In this document: one piece after another, positions 58,334 through 64,000 of the stretch | Position numbering within the stretch: the stretch's first letter is position 1 | How the letters are laid out: each line of letters opens with the position of its first letter | From: Huintestinicola sp. | GTDB lineage: Bacteria; Bacillota; Clostridia; Oscillospirales; Ruminococcaceae | NCBI GenBank assembly: GCA_051882495.1 | Contig: JBJERX010000108.1 | Location: forward strand, 16,291 to 80,290 | Direction: 5' to 3' | Length of the DNA stretch: 64,000 nt | The notes under the pieces: generated by a model | Database searches by the model: none | Told to the model about the DNA's origin: nothing | What the model saw: only the letters and a program-made list of their open reading frames with translations | Translations under genes and position numbers: made by a program

Positions 58334-60110
58334 AAAGATCAACAGTCCCGCGGACTTAAAAAAATTATCAATTGATGAGTGTAAGGTATTAGCAGATGAG
58401 ATGAGGCAGACACTGCTAAATAAACTAAGCGTTACAGGCGGACATCTGGCACCGAATCTTGGTGTCGTTGAGGCAGTGATAGCATATCATTATGTTTTCG
58501 ATTCTCCCTATGATAAAATCGTTTTCGATGTATCCCATCAATGCTATCCTCATAAGATGCTCACAGGAAGAATGGAAGCTTATACAAAGCCTGAGAAATA
58601 TTCATCTGTAACAGGATTTACTGAAATTACTGAAAGCGAACACGACTTTTTTACTGTAGGTCATACTTCAACCTCAATCAGTCTCGCCAGCGGTATGGCT
58701 AAGGCACGAGATCTGAAGGGTGACAAAGAGAATATAATTGCATTTATCGGAGACGGCTCATTAGGCGGTGGTGAAGCATTTGAGGGACTTGATTATGTGG
58801 CCTCTGAAATAAATAGCAATTTTATTATCATATTAAATGATAATGGAATTTCCATAGCTGAAAATGTAGGTGGGCTGTATAAGAACTTAAAAGAACTCCG
58901 CGATACAAACGGTACTTCTCAAAACAATATATTTAAGGCTCTGGGACTTGATTATAGGTTTGTAGAAAATGGAAATGATATTCCTTCTTTAGTAGAAACA
59001 TTGCAGGAAGTTAAGGATATTGATCATCCGGTAGTAGTGCATATTTGTACAGTTAAGGGTTATGGATATACATATTCGGAAAGTAACCCTGAGATGACTC
59101 ATTGTCTTAATAAACCTTTCGATATTGAAAAGGGTCCTGATTTTACTCCATTTAAGTTTGTTGAAGGAAAGAATGAAAGATATGATTATATAATCAGAGA
59201 ACACCTTATTGACCGAATGAAAAAAGATCCTCTTATTACCACAATTATGGCATCAACAATGTACTGCCTTTCTTTTACGAAAGATAAGCGGGAAGAAGCC
59301 GGAAATCAGTTTGTTGATGTAGGGGCGGTAGAGGAACATGGTATTGCGATGACTGCCGGCGTAGCACGAAATGGAGGCAAACCTGTATTCGTAACTGCAT
59401 CTACTTTCTATATGCGAACATATGACCAGATATCTCAGGAATTATGTATAAATAAATGCCCTGCTACATTAATTGTAGTCAATGCTTCCGTGTATGCAGT
59501 TGATGATGTTACACATACTGAAATATTTGATATCCCTATGATGTCAAATATACCGAATCTGGTATATCTTGCTCCCACAAACAAGCAGGAATATTTAGCA
59601 ATGTTGGATTGGAGTATAGATCAGACAGAGTATCCTGTTGCAATTCGTCAGCCTAGAAATGGTGTTTTCTATGCTAAGGGTGAAGTGGATAAGGATTATA
59701 GCGATCTAAATAAGTATAAGATTGAAATATGCGGCAGCAAGGTTGCAATTATTGCCCTGGGAGAATTCTATCAGTTGGGAGAATCAGTTGTCGATTTATT
59801 AGAGAAAAGAACAGGAATAAAAGCTACACTAATAAATCCCAGATATATAACCGGAATTGACGAAGCACTGCTGAGAAGTCTTCCTGAAACGCATAGTTTG
59901 ATAGTAACACTTGAAAGCGGCTCACTGAACGGAGGATTTGGAGAAAAAATTGCATCTTTCTATGGACCTGATAACAGAGTAAAAGTTCTTAACAGAGGTT
60001 TGAAAAAGGAATTCCTTGATACGGTTCATATGAGTACTGCGAAATTACTGGAAGATTTGCGCCTGACAGACGAGTTACTATGTGATGATATTGAAAGCTG
60101 TCTGAATTGA
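58323..60110 (+). CDS. DXS-like ThDP carboligase 2 (595 aa)
   Basis: GGHLAPNLG, DVSHQ, GDGSLGGG..NDN, AVEEHG, TFYMRTYDQ; clear paralog of DXS-like 1. Confidence 0.85.
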   Translation: MYIEKINSPADLKKLSIDECKVLADEMRQTLLNKLSVTGGHLAPNLGVVEAVIAYHYVFDSPYDKIVFDVSHQCYPHKMLTGRMEAYTKPEKYSSVTGFTEITESEHDFFTVGHTSTSISLASGMAKARDLKGDKENIIAFIGDGSLGGGEAFEGLDYVASEINSNFIIILNDNGISIAENVGGLYKNLKELRDTNGTSQNNIFKALGLDYRFVENGNDIPSLVETLQEVKDIDHPVVVHICTVKGYGYTYSESNPEMTHCLNKPFDIEKGPDFTPFKFVEGKNERYDYIIREHLIDRMKKDPLITTIMASTMYCLSFTKDKREEAGNQFVDVGAVEEHGIAMTAGVARNGGKPVFVTASTFYMRTYDQISQELCINKCPATLIVVNASVYAVDDVTHTEIFDIPMMSNIPNLVYLAPTNKQEYLAMLDWSIDQTEYPVAIRQPRNGVFYAKGEVDKDYSDLNKYKIEICGSKVAIIALGEFYQLGESVVDLLEKRTGIKATLINPRYITGIDEALLRSLPETHSLIVTLESGSLNGGFGEKIASFYGPDNRVKVLNRGLKKEFLDTVHMSTAKLLEDLRLTDELLCDDIESCLN

Positions 60111-60388
60111 GTCAAATCTTTTCAGAGTATGTTAATGAGCTTCTTGAAAGACTGAAAAAGGATCATGATATCGTTATTACTCTGGAGGACGGCGTTCTTG
60201 ACGGCGGATGGGGTCAGAAGATAGCATCATTCTATGGTAATTCTGAAATGAAGGTACTGAATTATGGACTGAAAAAAGAATTCCTCGACAGATATGACTT
60301 GAACAAGGTCATGACCGAGAATCGCCTCATACCTGAGCTTATCCTTGAAGATATCAGGGGAATTTTTAACAATTGGCACACTGTATGA
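60107..60388 (+). pseudogene. Duplicated C-terminal fragment of DXS-like 1
   Basis: Encodes ELLERLKKDHD..EDIRGI from the 228-bp repeat; no catalytic domains. Confidence 0.85.
60137..60364 (+). repeat. 228-bp direct repeat, copy 2
   Basis: One mismatch versus 57068-57295 (g57101 / a60170). Confidence 0.95.
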
Positions 60389-60397
60389 TGCGGCAAT

Positions 60398-60571
60398 GCT
60401 CCCGTACTTATAGGAGTATTCCTTCTCGGCGGAATTCAGCTTTTCTTTATCGGACTGCTGGGCGAATACATAATGTCAATAAACACCAGAGTCATGAACA
60501 GACCTTTGGTTATTGAAGAAAAAAGACTGAATTTTGATGATCCTCATGATGAAAAAGAGGACAGAGAATAA
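60398..60571 (+). pseudogene. 3' remnant of a second GtrB-like GT2 gene, absent from the ORF track
   Basis: APVLIGVFLLGGIQLFFIGLLGEYIMSINTRVMNRPLVIEEKRLNF..* parallels APVVIGIFFFSSIQLAFLGLMGEYVMSINNRIINRPLVIEAERINF of 51781-52767; in-frame stop at 60386-60388, no start. Confidence 0.85.
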
Positions 60572-60609
60572 TTTCGGTCATAATATTTCCGTATGAGGGA
60601 GCTGAACCA

Positions 60610-61086
60610 ATGCAATCAATAAAGCAGTTTTTAAAATTCGGCATAGTCGGATTATCCAATACTCTTATTTCGCAGATCATATACATGATAGCAGTCTCCC
60701 TTGGTGCTCACTATCTTGCAGCCAGCGTGATCGCTTTCATTATCAGTGTGCTGAATGCATTTTTCTGGCAGAATAAATTTGTTTTCAAGGAGGAAGAGGA
60801 CAAGGAGAAAAGAGTATGGTGGAAGGTTCTTCTGAAAACCTATGCAGCTTACGCCTTTACGGGTCTGCTGCTGAATAATCTTCTCCTGATAATGTGGATA
60901 GACCTTATCAGGATCGAAAGCTTCACTCCTGCACTCACTGATCTTGTGAACAGCTTCGGTATCAATATAAGCAATCATGATCTGGCTGTTGATATAGCTC
61001 CTCTTCTTAATATTGTTGTGAATGTGCCCATTAACTTTGTGATTAATAAATTCTGGGCTTACAGGCAAAAAAAGGTTGCATCTTAA
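60610..61086 (+). CDS. GtrA-family lipid-linked sugar translocase
   Basis: QFLKFGIVGLSNTLI, NAFFWQNKFVF, INFVINKFWAY; four TMs. Confidence 0.9.
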   Translation: MQSIKQFLKFGIVGLSNTLISQIIYMIAVSLGAHYLAASVIAFIISVLNAFFWQNKFVFKEEEDKEKRVWWKVLLKTYAAYAFTGLLLNNLLLIMWIDLIRIESFTPALTDLVNSFGINISNHDLAVDIAPLLNIVVNVPINFVINKFWAYRQKKVAS

Positions 61087-61282
61087 AGACATGCTGTCTC
61101 AGATGTTTAGTCAGATGATGTATTATGGTGGTAATCAGAGCTGATTTATAGCATTCTTTGTCGGAAATCATTACTTATATTTGCGAGCAAATACAGCTTT
61201 GTTTTCCGGAAAACGTTAAAAAGTATGTGTTGATACGACATAGTGCCGTTTAGACCAAATTGTTTATTTATGAGGTGAATTT

Positions 61283-63775
61283 ATGTTTTCGGATCTGGAT
61301 AAAAGCTCGGCGTATATCCTTCGCAGATCTTTTAAGGAAACATCTCTGGATGTATGCGATGAAGATACTTTGAAATATTCCGCTCTGTATGAGGATCTGC
61401 TGAGAAAAAAGGACAGCATTGACAAACAGGGATATATTGCACCCGCATTGCTTCCTATAGGAAAAGATGGTGTGGTCAATATTCGTCTGCTGCTTCCTTT
61501 TGAAGGAGTTCATTTTATAAATATGGCATATATGGTCATTCTTGGCAGAGTACCCGAAAAAGCGGCTATGGACTCATTGCAGAAAGCATTGGCTGCAAAC
61601 AGCAGCAAGGAAGCTAAGATAAAGATCCTGAGAACAATAGGATCTTCCAATGAAGCTAAGTCCCGGGGAGCGATCCTTACGGGTTATGACAAAGTAAAAA
61701 CTTCCCAGCTTTACAGATATCAGGATATGGAGTTCATAGAGAATGCATATATAAGGATCCTTCTGAGAAGGCCCGATGACAAGGGCAGAAAACGCTTTCT
61801 TTCCATGCTCAGATCACCCGAATACTCTCCTGCCGAGATATTATACACGCTCCGTCATTCCCCCGAAGGTGAAAAGCATGGCGTTGAGATCGTAGGTCTG
61901 GAAAATGACTACCGCAGGAGAATGAAACGTAAAAAGATTATGAGTATACCTGTGATAGGCAGGTGTATAAGATATATCTCACGGCTCCTCGGTGTAAACA
62001 GGAGAATACTTGCTCTGAAAAATGAGATCAGTTATTTGTGGGATAAGCTGTATAGCAGCAGATCGGCTCTTGATGACAGGATCAATTCGTTAACTCTGCA
62101 GCTTTCCGATAGGATAGACGCAGGAAACAGAAAAACTGCAGCACTTGAAAGACAGATCAGGGAACAGACAGGCAGAATAAACAAGCTTGCCAAGCAGTAT
62201 GAGACGGAAAACGATAGACTTGCGGAGCTTGCCGAGCGGTATGAGACGGAAAATGACAGACTTGCGGAGCTTGCCGAGGAGTATGAGACTGCCAACAGCA
62301 GGCTTACTGAGCTTGCCGAGCGGTATGAAAATGCCAACAGTAGATACAAGGAGCAGTATAAGTCTGTAGAAAGCCGTTTAACGGAGCTAGATGACTTTAC
62401 CCATCAGACAGACAGCATTATTGGTGAACTGAATAAGACACAGGATGAACATTATAAACTTCTGAACGAGCAGTCTGATGTCATCACCCGTCTGTCTGAG
62501 GAATCAGACAGGAGAAGCACTTTCTACGAGACACGCTTCGGAGAGCTTGATGGCTATACCCACCAGATCGGGGATAATGTCAATGCTCTGAACAGCTCAA
62601 TGGAGCGTTATGGCAATACACTGAACGATCAGTCCGCTGCAATCACACGCCTGTCTGAGGAATTAGACAGGAGAAGCAGTTCTTATGAGAGCAGCTTCAG
62701 AGAGCTTGACGGCTATACCCACCAGATCGAGGACAATGTCAGTGATCTGAACAGTGTATCAGAGAGTTATGGTAATTTGCTGAATGAACAGTCCGATGCC
62801 ATCACCCGTCTGTCGCAGGAATTAGACAAGAGAAGCACATCCTATGAGAGCAGCTTCGGAGAGCTTGACGGCTATACTCATCAGATAGGCGGAAACGTTG
62901 CTGATATCAATAAAGCACTGTCCAACTATGACAACATTCTGTCGGAATATGTTAATGAGGATAAAAAGACCATTCAGATGCTCCTTGCAGAGATATTCAA
63001 GCTGAAAACAGAAATTAAGGCTCTGAAAAACGGCGGGGTAAGAAACGCTGAAGCAGCTCCAAGTCAGAGTGAGGAGACTGCTCCTTCCGCTGTACCCGCT
63101 TCCGATGTGTATAGTGCAATAGAATACTTTGATTTTGAAAATCATTTCAGAGGAAGCAGAGAGCACGTCAAGTCTGTTCAGAAGATCTATCTCCCATATT
63201 TTGAGGGCAGGAAGAATGTGCTTGACCTTGGCTGCGGAAGAGGTGAATTCACCGAGCTGCTCAGGGACAATAATGTGGGCGTTACAGGCGTGGATATGTA
63301 TGAGCCTTATGTTGAATATATGAGATCTCTGGAGCTGCCTGTGGTTCTTGATGATGCAGTTGCTTATCTGAGTCGTCAGGAAAGCACTGACGGAATCTTC
63401 ATGGGACAGGTGGTAGAGCATTTGTCCGTTGATCAGATCGTGACAATATGCAATATGGCGTATGAAAAGCTTGAGGAAGGCAGCTGCCTTATTATGGAAA
63501 CTCCTAATCCAAAATCTCTCGCGATTTTTACAGAGTGCTTTTATATGGATCCTTCCCATCAGAAGCCTGTGCATCCCTTTACACTGAAATATATTGCTGA
63601 AAAGGCAGGCTTCACAAAGGTGGATATCCTTTATACAGACAGCAGCAGACTGCCATTCAGTATACCTAAGATCAAAGAAGACGAGCCTGATTTTGATAAG
63701 TTCAATGAGGCTATGCAGAGAGTGTCCGAGCTTTTATATGGCAGTCAGGATTACGCTGTGATCGCAAGAAAGTAA
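61283..63775 (+). CDS. DUF4214-like x2 / repeat coiled coil / class I SAM methyltransferase (WbdD/WsaE-like glycan chain terminator)
   Basis: FINMAYMVILGRVP and FIENAYIRILLRRPD repeats; long heptad-rich linker; FENHFRGSRE, VLDLGCGRGEF, QVVEHL, ETPNP, FYMDPSHQKP, QDYAVIARK. Confidence 0.75.
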   Translation: MFSDLDKSSAYILRRSFKETSLDVCDEDTLKYSALYEDLLRKKDSIDKQGYIAPALLPIGKDGVVNIRLLLPFEGVHFINMAYMVILGRVPEKAAMDSLQKALAANSSKEAKIKILRTIGSSNEAKSRGAILTGYDKVKTSQLYRYQDMEFIENAYIRILLRRPDDKGRKRFLSMLRSPEYSPAEILYTLRHSPEGEKHGVEIVGLENDYRRRMKRKKIMSIPVIGRCIRYISRLLGVNRRILALKNEISYLWDKLYSSRSALDDRINSLTLQLSDRIDAGNRKTAALERQIREQTGRINKLAKQYETENDRLAELAERYETENDRLAELAEEYETANSRLTELAERYENANSRYKEQYKSVESRLTELDDFTHQTDSIIGELNKTQDEHYKLLNEQSDVITRLSEESDRRSTFYETRFGELDGYTHQIGDNVNALNSSMERYGNTLNDQSAAITRLSEELDRRSSSYESSFRELDGYTHQIEDNVSDLNSVSESYGNLLNEQSDAITRLSQELDKRSTSYESSFGELDGYTHQIGGNVADINKALSNYDNILSEYVNEDKKTIQMLLAEIFKLKTEIKALKNGGVRNAEAAPSQSEETAPSAVPASDVYSAIEYFDFENHFRGSREHVKSVQKIYLPYFEGRKNVLDLGCGRGEFTELLRDNNVGVTGVDMYEPYVEYMRSLELPVVLDDAVAYLSRQESTDGIFMGQVVEHLSVDQIVTICNMAYEKLEEGSCLIMETPNPKSLAIFTECFYMDPSHQKPVHPFTLKYIAEKAGFTKVDILYTDSSRLPFSIPKIKEDEPDFDKFNEAMQRVSELLYGSQDYAVIARK
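62184..62351 (+). repeat. Four 42-bp (14-aa) coding tandem repeats
   Basis: Units start at 62184, 62226, 62268 and 62310 (agcttgcc..); consensus ELAERYETENDRLA. Confidence 0.9.
62384..62947 (+). repeat. About 3.5 copies of a 159-bp (53-aa) coding tandem repeat
   Basis: ELDGYTHQ-type unit starts at 62384, 62543, 62702 and 62861. Confidence 0.9.
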
Positions 63776-63788
63776 GGTGAGGGCTTGT

Positions 63789-64000
63789 ATGATTAATGTT
63801 GAAGAGATAAAAAATTCGTCTCCTGAGGAAAGAATTCTATGCGAGCTCATCGAGACCGATCTGATGGGAGTTATCCTTGATGAATGCTGCACGGAGGACG
63901 AGCTGGGCATGATAATAAACGCAGTACATCTCTATAATAGAGCCTGCGGCGGCAATATCAGGATATTTTCGGTCGGAAAGCATAACAATACGCCGTATAT
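63789..64000 (+). CDS. 5' part of a gene running off the window edge (product unknown)
   Basis: ATG 13 bp after the previous stop; open to the window end: MINVEEIKNSSPEERILCELIETDLMG.. Confidence 0.55.
   Translation, partial: MINVEEIKNSSPEERILCELIETDLMGVILDECCTEDELGMIINAVHLYNRACGGNIRIFSVGKHNNTPY

Noticed and set aside
55544-60110. Calling these genes housekeeping dxs
   Set aside because: Glycan-operon context, duplication and the altered acceptor motif argue against it, so the gene symbol was withheld.
62184-62947. CRISPR-like periodic repeats
   Set aside because: The repeats are in-frame coding units without unique spacers, and there are no cas genes.

Overview
Chromosomal window from a Bacillota (Clostridia) bacterium. 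It is most likely Ruminococcus-like (Oscillospiraceae); this is inferred from gene content and sigma-A promoters, not from a marker gene. Layout: (1) 1-25.2 kb, mostly housekeeping genes: hisA, a GAF-GGDEF-PAS-GGDEF-EAL protein, ddh, a catalytically dead P1B-ATPase-like protein, rlmB, rhomboid, YdbS/T, a DHH phosphoesterase, an FtsX-like permease, a 3alpha-HSDH-like SDR, DUF5131, eno, FapA-MNT-HEPN and an amidohydrolase. Two small genes and two copies of a 160-bp palindromic element with compensatory base changes are interspersed. (2) 25.5-43.5 kb, a complete type IV pilus locus (pilC, pilMN, pilO-like, pilD, pilB, pilT) with six prepilin-like proteins, one of them 1,173 aa. It also holds a K+ channel, mtaD and a 334-bp MITE that duplicated a 25-bp terminator on insertion. 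(3) ahcY and rlmD. (4) 46.3-64 kb, a mosaic surface-glycan locus. The best candidate for an undescribed system is in (4): CDP-3,6-dideoxyhexose genes (rfbF/G/H) coupled to a DRE-TIM aldolase, a YerE-like ThDP enzyme, two DXS-like ThDP enzymes, an SDR reductase and a GtrA/GtrB lipid-carrier pair. This predicts a long-chain C4-branched higher sugar of the yersiniose/erwiniose/caryophyllose class, possibly new. Part of the pathway sits in a 3,069-bp unit bracketed by a 228-bp direct repeat. Downstream is a DUF4214-coiled-coil-methyltransferase whose putative ruler is built from 42-bp and 159-bp tandem repeats. No rRNA, tRNA, CRISPR array, integrase or transposase was recognised. All family assignments are by eye from motifs and recalled sequences; no searches were run.
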